Source: the human T2T-CHM13v2.0 reference genome, Homo sapiens. Taken from it: 64,000 nt of DNA. Position 1 is the first letter of the stretch. Every line of letters begins with the position of its first letter. Shown here piece by piece: positions 1 through 12,829 of the stretch. The stretch lies in assembly GCF_009914755.1 (NCBI RefSeq), contig NC_060929.1; one strand, given 5' to 3'. The notes under the pieces were generated by a model. That model worked only from the letters and a program-made list of their open reading frames with translations, ran no database searches and was not told where the DNA came from. Both the position numbers and the translations under genes were made by a program.

Positions 1-142
1 AGGCGCTTGTAATTCCAGCTACTCAGGAGGCCAAGGCAGGAGAATGTTTGAACCTGGGAGCTGGAGGTTGTAGTGAGCAGAGCTCACACCACTGCACTTT
101 AGCCTGGGGGACAGAGTGAGACTCAGTATCAAAAAAAAAAAA
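1..142 (+). mobile_element. Alu right arm (truncated by window start)
   Basis: Alu 3' sequence gacagagtgagactc followed by an A12 tail. Confidence 0.95.
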
Positions 143-214
143 GTGTGCTCCCAAGGTGTCCACATAGAATGAGGAATCAGTGTGATTTTACTTCTGTATC
201 CTAACAGTTACTAT

Positions 215-400
215 TGCTAACATTACAGAGAGATTTTTTTTTAAAAAAATATGCCCAACACTCTGCTGTCTTTTGCATGCAGTATCTCTTTTAATCTTTA
301 TTAAAGTCTTTAATACTGATGTTATAGTACTCTGTTGCACACACAAAAAAACGTGTATTATAAAGTAAGTTGCCTAAAGTCACATAGCTAGTAATTTGCT
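215..400 (-). mobile_element. MIR fragment
   Basis: aagttgcctaaagtcacatagctagtaa core. Confidence 0.65.
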
Positions 401-445
401 CAGTCAAAAATTACACAGAAGCAGGAAAGCTGGTGCCCTCAGGGA

Positions 446-475
446 CTCTGTCTCACTGCACCTCTGTCTCACTGC
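446..475. repeat. Short tandem duplication, period 16
   Basis: ctctgtctcactgc at 446 and 462. Confidence 0.85.
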
Positions 476-479
476 CACC

Positions 480-560
480 CATCTGACCACATAAACACAA
501 AGTGAATGAGTAACTCTTCCAGGAAAAATGCAGGCATTTCATTAAAAATACTGGCCATGT
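480..560 (-). pseudogene. TM6 (channel S1-like) remnant
   Basis: FLEELLIHFVFMW, like L.E+L+Y..FLW at the start of the polycystin cation-channel module. Confidence 0.6.
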
Positions 561-1120
561 AGCTGTCTGGCTATGAGTTATCATCATATACCTTATTACC
601 ATTCACATTTTCCTGAAACATATACTTTTCCTCCAGAGTCATAAAATACCTTGTGCTATACAGACCTTGATTTCCATAATCCAGGTTATTTCTTTCTCAG
701 AAATGTTGTCACTATTTCCTTTGGAGAGCAGAAAGAAGCTTCTTTCTCGGAGATTATCATTATGGCATGATTGTCAAAATACTACTGAAAGGGGCTCTGC
801 AAAAATGTGCCCTTTGAGAAGATGTACTTGTTTGCCTGAATTGAGAGACATTCATAATAATGGCTTGCCTTTCTCTTTACCTACCTTCCTGCCTTTCTGT
901 CTTCCTTCCTTCTTTCCTTATTTTCTCCATCCAAAGCTTACTTAATCATTTATATTTTTAATCATGTATCTTTTTATTCAGGCAATAATTACTTAGTTGG
1001 CGACTACTATCTGTCAGTCATTGAACTCACATAAAAAGATGACTAGAATGTGGTCATTGCCCTAAGGAAAAATACAGTAAAGGAAAGAGAAGTAGGTATA
1101 AAACGAGTAAGTCCTCTAAA

Positions 1121-1258
1121 GCCTTGCTACTCAATGTTGATTCACCTGGGAGCTTGTTAAAAAATGCAGAATGGCAGGCCCCACCTCAGACCAACTGAAT
1201 CACAATCTGCATTTAGCAAAGGTGCACTTGTGTGCACAGTAAAGTCTGAGAAGTCCTG
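1121..1258. mobile_element. MER5-type hAT-Charlie element
   Basis: cacctgggagcttgttaaaaaatgcaga..ggccccacctcagaccaactgaatca. Confidence 0.8.
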
Positions 1259-1630
1259 CAATGCAGTATTGTCACAGCTGTATAGTCAGTGTCATTGTGG
1301 AAGACAAAGGAAGCAGAGGTCGCTTTTCCAGAATGGGAATAGATATTTTAGGAAATGCTTCATAGGTAGCGATGCCTGAGCTGGGTCTTACGAAAGTATG
1401 GATATTTGCCAGGGAGACAAGAAGTAAAGGTAGCTTACAGAAAGAGAGAAGGAAGCATAGACTGTGGCTGCAAGAGAAGCCTGAAGCAACTCCATGTTTT
1501 TAGAGAAGCACAGGGATGTCAATGGAGAGCAGATGGAAGCAGATGTCCCACAATGATACTGGGACACATCTGTGGACAGGAGTCTGGCCAACCACCAGGT
1601 CAGTTAAGGGTTTTGGATCTATTCTGTGAA

Positions 1631-1794
1631 CCAGTGCTTTAGTCTTGGCTACAAATTATAATTACTCTGGAAAACTGAATACAGATACTTGGGCCCTGCT
1701 CTCAGAAACTCTGGTTTAATTGGTCCGGGATGAGATTTTTTTTTTTAAGTTCCCTAGGTGATGCAGATGTGTGCAGAATGGATTGAGTCCACTG
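1631..1794. mobile_element. MER5B-like element
   Basis: ctggtttaattggtc..aagttccctaggtgatg..ccactg. Confidence 0.7.
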
Positions 1795-1904
1795 TTTTAG
1801 GCAATTGAAAGCCTTTGACAGGTTTTAAGTAGGAAAGTAGAGTGATCCAAACACTGTGTTGGTGTCCAGAGACTGCTCATATAGGAGAGATAATGTGGAT
1901 GTGA

Positions 1905-2104
1905 GCCAGAGGAAACCTAAAGGGACCAGGTAGGTGACCTAACCCTAACCGTGGGGACTGATCTGGTATTACTCAATAAAGGAGAGACTAGGCCAGGGGC
2001 AAGCTGGGGAGTGAATGCCCACCTGAATGTATTTACACCCAAATTTTAAACTACACATGTCTGTGAGTTGAATCTTATCAGAGATTACCAGTTCACAGCC
2101 CCTG
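1905..2104. mobile_element. MER102-like hAT element
   Basis: agggaccaggtaggtgac ... acatgtctgtgag..ccagttcacagcccctg. Confidence 0.45.
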
Positions 2105-2607
2105 GCATAATAACGCTGTAAGGAAATTAAAGTATTAAGGAGATAGAATCAACAGGCTTTGAAATGAGTTTGGCATAGGATATGAGAGAAAGGAAATAAG
2201 TTACAACTGCCTGTGGTGACTAATTGAATGCTGCTCCCATTCACAAAAATAGGGACCAAAATGAGGAGGGAAGGGTTTGAGGGAGAGATGGAAAGTTCAT
2301 TTTAGGATATATTGAGTTTGTGGTGCTTGTAGGACATGCAAGACTTTGAACACTTAAGTACCCATCTTATGCTTTGTTAGATATTTAGGGTTAGGATATA
2401 GATTAAGGAATTGCTGATATGTAGGTGTTGTTTGAAGCCAGAAGAATGATTGGGAATCTCTTGAAAGAACCGGTAAATTGAGCAGAGGAGAATATCACTA
2501 TTTCAGGGGCTGGGAGAAGCCCACCAAAGGCCGAAATAGAAATGTCAGTGGGTTGAAAAGCAGCAGAGAGTTGCAATGAAAAGATAGTCCAAGGAGAAGA
2601 GAGATGG

Positions 2608-2730
2608 TTCACTTTTGCAGGTGCTTTCTTTTTTACATGCTTTCTTAATGTGAAAGGTAGCTGATTATAATATCCTTCAATTTGGAATATTCCAAGACCC
2701 ATACTATCTTAGAGTAGGAAAGACCAGAGA
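2608..2730 (-). pseudogene. TM4-TM5 remnant
   Basis: SLVFPTLR*YGS ... LKDIIISYLS ... PAK followed by gtgaac, like S..FT.LYG...W+.S+.+S...QP+K. Confidence 0.55.
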
Positions 2731-2879
2731 TAAATTAACCTGAACTTCTCCAATCAACCCCCACATTGTTCCTAACAAGTGATGCCAGATTAGGATTTAA
2801 TATTACTGATGAGGAGTTGTTGCTACCCTTCAAGACAGCTCTGTCTTACATTATGCAAAAATCCACAAACCTAAAAATG

Positions 2880-3770
2880 TTTGTTAACAGTTATTGAACA
2901 ATAACTCCACATACTGCGCTGGACTCTGTGAATAACAAGCCTGATTCAACGTTTATTTAGTAACTCCATGTATTAGGCACTGGGGATATAGAAGGAAATA
3001 AAACTGGGTTTCAGGTTCTTAAGAAATGTATAATGGCAGAGATAGATGTGTCATCAATTGCCTTCAATACACTGTGGCAAGTGCAGCCAGTGGCATAAAC
3101 CTGTGTGGTGAGAGCTGCCTGGCTTGACCTGGCCTGACTTGGTCTGAGATACTGAGAGTGGTAAATATACAAAGCTTTCTAGAAGACATTGTATCTAAGC
3201 TCAGTGATGAAGGGTATTAAGAAATAGGCAAAGAGAAGAGAGTAAGGGTCTTCCAGGCAATGGGAATGAGAAAGAGTAAAGTGTCTGTCTTGGAGCTGTG
3301 TGTGGAATGACAGGCAGTCTAGCATAATTGGGAGGCTCCCTTGGCCAACTAAGAGATTGAATGGTCCATTTGACAATTTGCTGTGCCAGCCCAAGAAACT
3401 GGGATTATAAGGTGTCTCAATTTCAAATCCTTTGTTTAAACAATAGCTAATGCAGAAACTCATTAGGAAAAACAAATAAGGATCTTGCAACGAATGAGAT
3501 CCATAGTATATTTTATAATTTGCATCATAGATCAGTTTCTGGGGTGTCTGCTAAAGATGAATGTCAAAGGACAAGACCAGAAGCAGGGAAATCCATCAGG
3601 AGGCTGTTGCAATTTTATTGGGGCCAAATGAGGTTAACTGGAATGGTTGTTGTAAGAAGGGAATGAGGCCGAGGGATTGGCCAAATTTAAAAAAGAAAGG
3701 TAGGATGTTATGACTGATTGGATATAGGAATGGAGGAGCCATGAGGAGTCCAACACAACTTCCAAGTTTG
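2880..3770 (-). mobile_element. L2 fragment(s)
   Basis: attcaacgtttattt..catgtattaggcactggggatata 3'-end motif and purine-rich body. Confidence 0.7.
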
Positions 3771-4404
3771 ATTCACAAAGATTTTCCATGGATCCTGGCC
3801 TAGGAAAACTTCTAAGTTAGTTAACAAGATAAATGTGCACAGAAATAACACCTAGCAGGGCACTACAGGGCAAGAGTGACAGAAGTGAGCAAGGGGATCA
3901 TTCTTCTCTATGGACAAATTAGAAATACCCTTTCATTTGCAGAGAAAGACTGAATAAAAGCACAAAAGCTTCTAAAACAGAGTTCTCTAGTTTTATTTTA
4001 CAACTGCAGTTCTTAAACTGTACATTCTAATGAAGAGGGTGAAATAGGTTCAAATACCGAGACTGTTGGCTTGAAACTGTCATATGAAAACCTTCATTTT
4101 GATTAATATAATTGAAGTGTTAAGTGTGTATCTGCTAAATTGCAATCAAATCAGTAAAATGTTATTCATTTTTTAAATGAATCTGTCAGAAGTTTTATGG
4201 GTATTCTGCCAACAGTGAATTGGATTTGCACAACTTAACTACAGATATTACTATTTTATAAATAAGTAAATGGAGACATTGAAAATTCAGTCCCTTGATG
4301 AAGTAGAGTCAATAGTTGACTTGCAAATAGACTACCAAAGTCCCCAGTAAGCCAGAGTGATGCTGTCCCTGGTGACTCCTTCGCAAAGTGGAGCAGATTT
4401 AATT

Positions 4405-4615
4405 AAGGTTCTAAATCAACGCATTGAGAGGCACCTAGGTTGGTAATGAAAAATTTACCAACTTCATTCTGTCCTGACCCACCACAAACATAGATACCAC
4501 CAACGCAGAAAGTCTTGAGACACTCTGTGGGGTTCATTCTGCAGACTATAAAACATAGTTCCCAGCACCATAAACTAATTAATAACTAATTCATGCCCAC
4601 ACCTCTGTTTTCCTA
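4405..4615 (-). pseudogene. TM2-TM3 remnant
   Basis: RK/QRCGHELVIN*FMVLGTMFY matches the polycystin signature TR.QR..CC..L....M..NAMFY; followed by VPLNALI*NL, like FP+NL+I..LF. Confidence 0.75.
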
Positions 4616-5009
4616 TGCCAGACACATTAGTATTAGTTGCCTCCACACCCTTCTCCCTTTGCCGCTGCCACAGCTGTTCCTCTTCCTCCACCCCATCCCA
4701 TCCCCGTCTTCACCCTCATCTTCACTCTCCTTGGCATCTCGTCTTTGAAAGCTCCTTACACTAAAATATTTGAATCCATGGGGAAGTAATGCTTGTGGTT
4801 GGGGGATACAACTATAATATATGTCACACATGCTATAAAGCAAGAAGTGCAGCGTCCTAGGAAAGCAAATAGCACAGGCACCTCACCCAGTCTATTGGGA
4901 GAGATGTGTGTGCAGAAAGACTTCTGAGAGGGACTGTTTTCCTTCAATTAAATAGGGAGAGGGAGACATGAAAGAGAGTCAGCAACTATAAACATATGTA
5001 GTGGGGCAT

Positions 5010-5146
5010 CAGCCATGGCTTCATGATAGACCACCTGAAGCAGGTCCTAGACCATTTATATCAGATCCCTAGGGATAGGGTGCAGGTATCAGTGTTCTTT
5101 AAAAGGTTCCTATGTGATTCTAATGTGGAGGAGCCAAGAACTCTAC
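5010..5146. mobile_element. MER5-type element
   Basis: tttaaaaggttcctatgtgattctaatgtg. Confidence 0.55.
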
Positions 5147-5169
5147 CTTATGTTAAGCAACATATTTAA

Positions 5170-5800
5170 AGTCCACAAAGAAGAGAATGATATGGTTTTC
5201 ATGCTACAATGTATCTTTTCCTCATTACTCATAGAAGTTTTTATTTCATTGTTGGAACCAGTTTACATTTCTAATGGAGGAGATTAATTACACTATCAAA
5301 GCTGAAGATTTTCAGCACAGGTTTTATGATACCACTCACAAGACAGGTTTTGAGTTTTGTTTGTTTTGGTCTTATTATTATTATTTTTTAAATTAACGCC
5401 TCTCCACAATAGAACTACAGTGTTAAGTATAAGTAAAGTATTGAAGAGTTTGTTTCATTACCTAATTAGAAAAGAGAAAAACAGCAAAGAGCTCCTTCCC
5501 TGTGCCTGCCAACTGTACAAGGTAATTTAATAATGTTATTTAATTCAGTCCACACAACTCTGTAAAGAAACCATGGACAGAGAAACCTAGGCTCAGAGAG
5601 TAAAGTGATTTGCCCTGTGTATGTCACACAGGAACTCGTTTGTGGTGGCTGCTTGATATCAAAGCTCGCACTGCTTGCCCTGATATACACAATAACCATC
5701 AGTATTTGTGTTGTGGAGCTCTACCGTAGAGCTGCACACTGCTAAGAAGGAGTATTGCAACAATTTCTATCATTAGGCAAGTAGAATTTGGACTAAATTA
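5170..5800 (-). pseudogene. PLAT/LH2 domain remnant, with a MIR between its halves
   Basis: NLVQI/ST..DRNCCNTPS/SSVQLYGR (5720-5799), like YLVQ+YTG.RR.A.TT..V.+.LYG; then SCEWI..VLKIF (5300-5343) and ENHI (about 5190), like F.C..WL...V.K.F...D.H+W. Confidence 0.65.
5495..5690 (-). mobile_element. MIR
   Basis: gaaacctaggctcagagagtaaagtgatttgccc core. Confidence 0.75.
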
Positions 5801-5959
5801 CACCCTTTGCAATAAACAACTGCTTCTTAGTAGTAGAATGATTTTTTTTAATATAATTCAACATAGCTTTTAACCAGGAGATCCTTAAGTACAATACAAC
5901 AAAAATGCCTACATTTTATAAACTTCAAGTTGCAGGATTCTGAGGGTATGATAATCTAT

Positions 5960-6300
5960 TAGGCTCTCCAAAACCTCAAAGAAATCAAACAGAAGAGAAT
6001 TGAATGTCTGAGTTATATGAAAAGACATTGAAGAAACAAAGTTTAATTCATGATTTTTACTATCACTAAATCACAAAGCAGTTTAGACAGCTAAAGTTTA
6101 TAGTGCTGGAAAATGCTCATACAGTGTTGAGGACTGGTAGTTATTGGGTATCTAGTTGTAGGGGGAAAGAAAATAAATTGCCCAGTCTATTTAAGGAAAC
6201 ATCTGTTACCTAAATCTTTACATTGATTTTGATAATTTAATATGCATATTGCACTGTGCTTTATTCTGTAAGAGTGACTTGCAGAACTCACCTCCCACTT
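5960..6300 (-). pseudogene. GPS / post-GPS stalk and TM1 remnant
   Basis: KWE../FCKSLLQNKAQC (weak GPS match), STINFSCLNCFV..MN*TLFL, and ILFCLISLRFWR, like PNTI(D/N)F...N...TM1...W(A)R. Confidence 0.45.
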
Positions 6301-7100
6301 CTAATAAATGTGTAGGATTTCTTGGCATATAATTTGTGGGCCAATTTTATGCTTGTGTATATATTTTAACCCTATTTTTCTTATTTCAAATTAATTTAAT
6401 CTTTAGAAATATATTCATCCATTCTATCACAAGAGGGGAATACAGAAATAAAATAAATTTCACAAAGAACAACTCCTTGGGTGCCAACAGAACACCGCCT
6501 GTGATTAATAAATAAGATACAATAGACAAACTTTGGGTAAACATTTTCTAACCAATCAACCCTCAAAAGCAAAGTATATGCTGTTAATGATATACTCTAA
6601 TGTCTACAGAGACATCAAATAAAGTCTCCCCAAAAGGATGTGGGACTTTCAGTGTGAAAATCACAGGTCTTTCTTGTTCATAGTTACTAAGGGAGAGGAG
6701 GTGAGAGAAGTGGAGAAGAACATTCTTTCTTATAAATCCATATGACTGGCACAGAAAGCCAGCCTTCCATCTCTTCCTAAAGACAACAGGAGTGGGTCTT
6801 CCTCCTGCTTTCTAAAGCCTTGCAAACCCAGGTTGGCCCAAGAGAAAGGAAGCATAAAGCAGGCAATGTAAGCCTGTCTCCAGTTAATTATCAGGCAGGA
6901 TTCTTGGTAGAAAGACCAAAAACTGACAAGATCTGCTTCTCTTACAAGAAAAGGGACATGCTGAAAAAGTGCCAGGAGTTCACAGAATGGATGGGCAGAG
7001 AGAAGTGAGATTGGAAAACGGCAGGAACTAAGGCAGCTGTGGAGAACCAAGAGACAGAAAGCCCTGAAATTATCTTTTCAGCGGGAATAGTTTAGTGAGG

Positions 7101-7137
7101 ACAAATAAATGTTGGGCACAAATAAATGTTGGGCACA
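7101..7137. repeat. Perfect 17-bp tandem duplication
   Basis: acaaataaatgttgggc x2 plus aca. Confidence 0.95.
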
Positions 7138-8309
7138 GTAGGTTGGCTGTAGGATCACTGACCACAAATGGCTACTGTCCCTGTCAGACACTAATGCTAT
7201 TGCCTGGATGAACTCAAACCACCCTCTGCTGTTTTATCATTCACTCCGGACAGAAAAGTCTTAGGCAGGAGGATCCAGTTAGCAGACCAAAGTTATGAAC
7301 CCACTTTCCAGTTGCCTTAGGTGGGAGAAGTAGGGGTCCCAACCCTAATACTGAACGCTTGTTGGTAAATGGTAAATACTGGTACAGAATATAGGCCAGC
7401 GTTTTTTCTATTTGGTCGGTGCCTGTGCAATATGAATTGTTTAGCACTTTGAATATTACCGCGGAACTCTATCTCGCTTTTGCCAAGGGCAGAGTTCTGA
7501 ATTCTAATAAGATGAATATGTCATGACGTTTAATTTTCAAACAGGAAAATGTTGGGCGGCCCCAAAGTTGACAAATATCACTACAAGACTTTGAATGCTA
7601 TCAAAGAGTCCTCTTAGTTAAGATGCAATTGAACCTAACTCAGCAGGTAGCCAATTATATATATTACTTGGGCAATATGATGTAATTTGGGAAATAAAAG
7701 TGTACCTCCCCCAGACAAGAAGTGAGGAGTTGGAGGGCCCTTGGCTAAGGATTTAATCAAATACTTATTAACAGTAATCTCAAAGCTTTGACTGGGTCTT
7801 TGTGTAGTTGAAGAAGAGGTCATTAATGGGTAGATGGCTTAGCAGTGGGCCCTTTTCTCATGCCTGGCAGGCCTTTAGTGTAACAATTTGAAAAGAAAGG
7901 GAAGAAAGAAAAGAAATAATATTGCTCTCCATAATTATGTGAAGTACTGAAAACTCCATTGTGTGGAGAATCACCTCATTCACTGAAGGAGTTCAGGCTG
8001 CAGTGTCCTTGAGAATTAACATTTGTCCTTGTGAGCACTAGGTATGTGTATGTGTGTTTAATTCAACTGTTCCCAACAATTCCTGGTATGACAGTAGCAG
8101 AGGTATCCAAGCAAGAGTCTCCTTATAAGTTCTGTTTCAAGTGGAGTTACCTCCAGAAGATCTGTTATTTAACACTGTCCTCAACAAACATGCCTTTAGT
8201 AAGAGGTTCCCACACAGCAGTGTCATTACCAGGAGTTTTCAGAAAGCAGGAATATCTCTCGTAAAAATTTTTATAGTGGTGTCCTAGCATTGAGGTGCGC
8301 ATTATGGAT

Positions 8310-8788
8310 TGTTTAATCAAAAGCCATTCATGCCTTCCCTTTCCTTTGCTTTCCTCTGCTGAGCAGGCTGAAAGATGAACATCATCACCTTTCCAGAATC
8401 CACTGCATCCAGGACTGGCCCCGAGCCACAGTCTTGGCCCATAAGTGTCTGTGGAAGCCCTGGGGTAGACACCCTTATCAAATAGAAAGGAAACCCCTTG
8501 TTAGATGGCACAACTTTTTCTTTCACCTTTTTTCCTTCTTCCTTCTGGGAACAAAGATTCAATGCCTTTAAGTGCAGCAGCCATTTGGCATCTAAAAGTC
8601 ACAAGCTGGGGATGATGAAGTAGTAAGTTAGAGGCCTCTTCCTCTGATTGCGCCATTGAGCCACTGACTCACCTGTGGGCTGTTTGTGTGCAGATTTCAT
8701 GTTGTATGAGGCATATCAACCCTGATATGTTTAAGCTTCTGAATAGGGGATTCTGTTCTCTGCAGCTGAATGCAATCCTAACTATGCA
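8310..8788 (+). mobile_element. Old MaLR LTR (MLT1J/K/L-like)
   Basis: gcagcagccattt; 3' end ttctgttctctgcagctgaatgcaatcctaact. Confidence 0.7.
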
Positions 8789-9682
8789 GTGACTCTAGCA
8801 GGGGGCTTTCTAGCATGATGACTCCTCTTGCAGTAACGTCCCTGGCAGTACTCAGTAGCATTATTTTTACAGATTCAATTATCCTTGTCTTACCTCGATA
8901 ATGACATTCTCACACATGCATTTAACATATGCTATGATATTGATTGGAAGAATCTTCTGTGATGTTTGTCATTTATATTTCTATTACTATATTTTTAAAT
9001 TTCATCAGCAATTTTGATCTCTCCTAACCAGTGGAATTGGTACCCTTAATAGAGTTCCAGGTTCATTACCATTTAGTGCTCACTGCTATTTTTTTTTTTG
9101 CCATTGTTGAATTATTTTATTTCATTTTATTTAACTTGTTTTGAGCTGAATCATAAACTTGAAAACAAGGAGTAAGAAAGTAAGAGATAGCCTTTTTAAA
9201 GTTTTTTGTATTTATAAGATGTTGAGAATAAATTTAGTTCTGTCAATGGTGAAAATTTTTCTAGTTGTTTTTCTTTATAATGTTAATCTCACTTTTAGAT
9301 TCCAACATATAACTATAAATCAACAGTATAATTTCTTTTATATTATACCCTTTTAAAACTGTATTTTTCCCTTAACTTGGGAAAAGATATGGTTAAAACT
9401 ACTGCAGAAGTCATTTGTAACTCTAAAAACTTTTTTTTCGTAAAAGCTGAGATACAGGACATACAAATGAATGGAGCCTTATCATTTTGAAAACTGCATA
9501 AAGGAAAAGAATTAATTTTTTCAAACCCTATTATTTCAAGTTTCCATAATACTTTCCATAAAACCACCTTATGAAGGGGTTTGAATGCCTTTACCCATCA
9601 TGAAACATGTTTTCAATTGCTTTTAAATGTGCAAGTTCCATGGTCTTCTGTTGGCAATGCAAAGGCTTTCTAGGCATCAGGC

Positions 9683-9800
9683 TCAGGACATAAAAGCAGA
9701 ATGGCTTTTATATTTGAAGGTTGTTGTCCATTACGGAATACTGTTTCAGGACATAAGAGAGGAATAGCTTTTATGTCAGAAGGTTGCTGTTCAATACTGA
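9683..9800. repeat. Diverged tandem duplication, period 63 bp
   Basis: tcaggacataa...gaaggttg at 9683 and 9746; 44/55 identical. Confidence 0.85.
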
Positions 9801-10807
9801 GTGATAGAATGCCATAAGAAAGTGTTAAATGAAATAACTGCCTTTAGCGTTTTTTTTTTTAATGATGTAAATGTAAATTTTAGAACATTGATTTCATTAG
9901 AGTAGCAGGAATACAGAGTTTGGAGTATGCATACTTTCAGTTTAGCTTACAAAAACAACAAAAGCCAGATCCAACATGGATGTGGTAGGAGATATATATA
10001 ATTGCACATGAATTGACATCTCGTTGACACTCATTGCAAGAAAGACAAGAGCCTCTATTTGGAAGTTGAATTTGGCAAAAATCCAGTGACATTTGCAAGA
10101 AAAAAAGTCTCACTGGTAAGCATTAAATTTAGAAGGGTCATCTCAAATTTTTATCTCCAACTATGCATTCTTTTCATCAACATATAAATTATTCATTAAA
10201 TAGTGCCTTAGTTATTTCATTTAGAAAAAGGGAAGACATGAAATAAGCCCTAAGTTAACTATATTCAGAGGTTAGGACTTGGGGAGAATTTTCAAATTTT
10301 ATAAAAATATCTCTATATTATTAATGTCTCCTTAATCTCATAGAACATAGAAACTTCCCATGCTAGGGACACATGGAGAAAGTAAAGGGAAAGAAACACA
10401 CCTAAGCTGAAGGCATCTTATGAAAAGGGCAGATCCACTTGGCAGAGCAGGTGCAACATATAGCTGAAAATCTTGGTTAGGAATTTGTTCCCAGTGATGA
10501 TTCTTGCCCTACACTCCCAAAAATGAAATTTTAAAAATCTTCCAAAGGTAGTTTACCTACAAGTATGCCACAGAAAAAGATATCTATTTGCCAATCCTAA
10601 AACTGTATTAAGAAATGTCCAATTGTAGTTGATGTTGACTTTCCAGCATCTCTACATATTTATTGTGATTAAAAATAAATTAAGAAACATTATTAAAAAT
10701 AACTATGTGTGTTCATAAAGACTAGAATGGTAGTAAAACAGAAGACAATAATAATTAAGACCAGGTACCCTGAAGTTAGAATTCCTGGATTCAAATTTAG
10801 CTCAAAT

Positions 10808-10992
10808 ATAGTGATTCTCAAACTGTGTTCCAGATCAAAAACATTACCATCACCTCTGAACTTCTTTAAAAGGCAAGTTATCTGGCTCTCCTCCAAACCT
10901 ACTGAATTGAAACTTTGGGTGATGGGTGCCCAGCAATCTGTGTTTTAACAAACTAGGTGATTCTGGTGCTTGCTACAGTTTAAGAACCATTG
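10808..10992. mobile_element. MER5A
   Basis: TIRs agtgattctcaaact ... agtttaagaaccattg; cctactgaattgaaact. Confidence 0.85.
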
Positions 10993-11023
10993 ATCTAGCA
11001 CTTACCAGCTAGCGGTAGGATCT

Positions 11024-11468
11024 TGTGTTAGTCCATTTGCCTTGCTATGAAGGAATATCTGAGACTGCGTAATGTACAAAGAAAATAGGTTTATTATGGC
11101 TCACTGTCCTGCAGGCTGTACAGGAAGCATGGCACTGGCATCTGCTTCTGTTAAGGCCTTAGGAAGCTTCCAAACAAGCAGAAGGCAAAGTGGGAGCCTG
11201 TGTGTCACATGGCCAGAGTGGGAGCAAGAGTGAGGAAACAGGAGCAAGGAAACGGTAGCAAGAGGTGGGGAAGTGCCATGCTCTTTTAAATAACTGGACT
11301 TTGCATGAACTTAGAGCAAGACCTCACTGATTACCATGAGGAGGAGACCAACTCATTCATGAGGGGTCCACTGCCATGACCCAAACACCTCCCACAAGGT
11401 CACACCTCAGTATTGGGGATTACATTTTTACATGAAATTTGGAGAGGACAAACATCCAAACCTCATCT
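11024..11468 (-). mobile_element. MSTB-type MaLR solo LTR
   Basis: tgtgttagtccatttg ... ggacaaacatccaaac; 5-bp TSD gatct at 11019 and 11469. Confidence 0.9.
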
Positions 11469-11849
11469 GATCTTGACCAAGATAATCATTTGGAATCTTG
11501 GTTTTCTAATTTGTAAAATGGAGGGAAATAACATTCTCTCTCTCTCTCAGAAGGTTTTTGAGAAGATAAAAGAAGCAACTTAAATTTATGGAAAGCCTTA
11601 GGAAAATGCCCAGCATAGAGTGGTCAATGAGTTTTAGCTCTAGGTAAAACCTTTGTGTAAAGCCATAATGCATAAAGCCATTATGGGTTCAAAGGTAACA
11701 GTGTTGGTTAAATGATTAATTTCTTTGTGTGGTGTGATAATATAGTCCTCTTCTGCACACAAAGTGATTTTGCATACATCATTCTATTTCATCCTCACAG
11801 GATGCCCTTGAGATGGAGGAGCAGGAATTATAGTCCTTTTCCCATCTAT

Positions 11850-12260
11850 ATAGAATAAATATTTATTGGTTACTTACCTACCATATGCCTGGCCTTGTGC
11901 CAGATGCTGGGTTAAGAGCCAAACAAGATAAATGAAGCCCCTATCCTCTAGAAATTGACATTCTTAACCAGAGGCACATAGTTTCTAATGAAATTTATAT
12001 CAGCAGTGAGAAGATTTGTTGAAAATACAGATTCCTTAGCTAGACTTTGTAAGATGGTGATTTATTAATATTGGAATCTGAACTTTTTATAATCTTCCCA
12101 GGTGATACAGGCGCAGATGGTTCAGGAAAAACATAGAGAAATGCTGGACAGTAGCCTACCAAGAACATACACTAATTCTACAAGTTCTTACAATATAGTG
12201 TAAGTCTCATGACAGAATTTCAGGAGGATATGGGAGAATGGGGACCGTTCCTATGTTAAG
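11850..12260 (-). mobile_element. L2 3' fragment with a MER5-type insert (about 11970-12150)
   Basis: aaatatttattggttacttacctaccatatgcctggcc; ccccaggtgat-type MER5 motif. Confidence 0.6.
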
Positions 12261-12379
12261 GGATCTCTGTTAGTCTGGGGCTTAGATCGCGGGGCTTAGA
12301 AACAACAGAGATTTCTTGCTTCTGCTGTATGTACATCTTGGATTACAGAAAATGGTTTGTATTTTAGATACTCAGTTGT

Positions 12380-12630
12380 CCCAGTTTTGTGAAGCAGCCA
12401 CCATCTTAAATGCTGCAAATCACTGTGATAGAAGGGAAAAGAAAGCTTTGGGAGCCTCACCCCAACAATTAAGTGTGTAGGTAGGAAGCAATGCATGTTA
12501 CTTCCTTTCACAAATTATTTTTCAGAATTAGTCACATGTCCTCATTTACTTACATACATAGGAACTAAGAAATGCAATCAGACCATGTGCCCAGAATTAG
12601 AGAATAATCAGGGATCAGTGAATGGCAATA
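12380..12630 (-). mobile_element. MLT1-type LTR fragment
   Basis: agtcacatgtcc..aagaaatgcaatc..atgtgcccaga. Confidence 0.55.
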
Positions 12631-12829
12631 ACCATTATTATAAAATAAGTTTATAAATGATGAAAATTAGTTTTGGCAATAAATAACACCCTCAAAATAA
12701 CAGAGTTAGTAAGTACCCCAAGAAAGATTCATTCTTCAGTTTTTCTATGGCATCCGTTACAAACGAGAATAAAACTCTGGCCCCATCCTCAAGTACCCTT
12801 TAGGGGGCTGAACTAATTCAAATCATTTC

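Larger units (their letters stand above)
965..2600 (-). mobile_element. Fragmented L2, interrupted by DNA transposons
   Basis: Purine-rich antisense L2 motifs, e.g. agttcattttaggatatattgagtttg and ttttaagtaggaaagtagagtgatc. Confidence 0.65.
7290..10100 (-). pseudogene. GAIN-domain pseudo-exons
   Basis: NSTSK*RLLSFLQ..TSMLD (9965-10070); LHCQQKTMELAHLKAIENMF (9600-9665); donor gag|gtaaga near 8893; YPL..YLIKSLAKG (7735-7835); SSAVIFKV..EKTLAYILYQYLP (7370-7470). Confidence 0.5.
10750..11640 (+). mobile_element. MIR split by MER5A and MSTB insertions
   Basis: MIR pieces at 10750-10803, 10995-11023 and 11474-11640 (ggttttctaatttgtaaaatgg). Confidence 0.65.

Noticed and set aside
667-945. Plus-strand ORF containing CPLRRCTC, resembling an LRR N-terminal cap (nephrocan/SLRP-like)
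   Set aside because: No LRRs follow, no signal peptide, and the ORF ends in a CT-rich low-complexity run.
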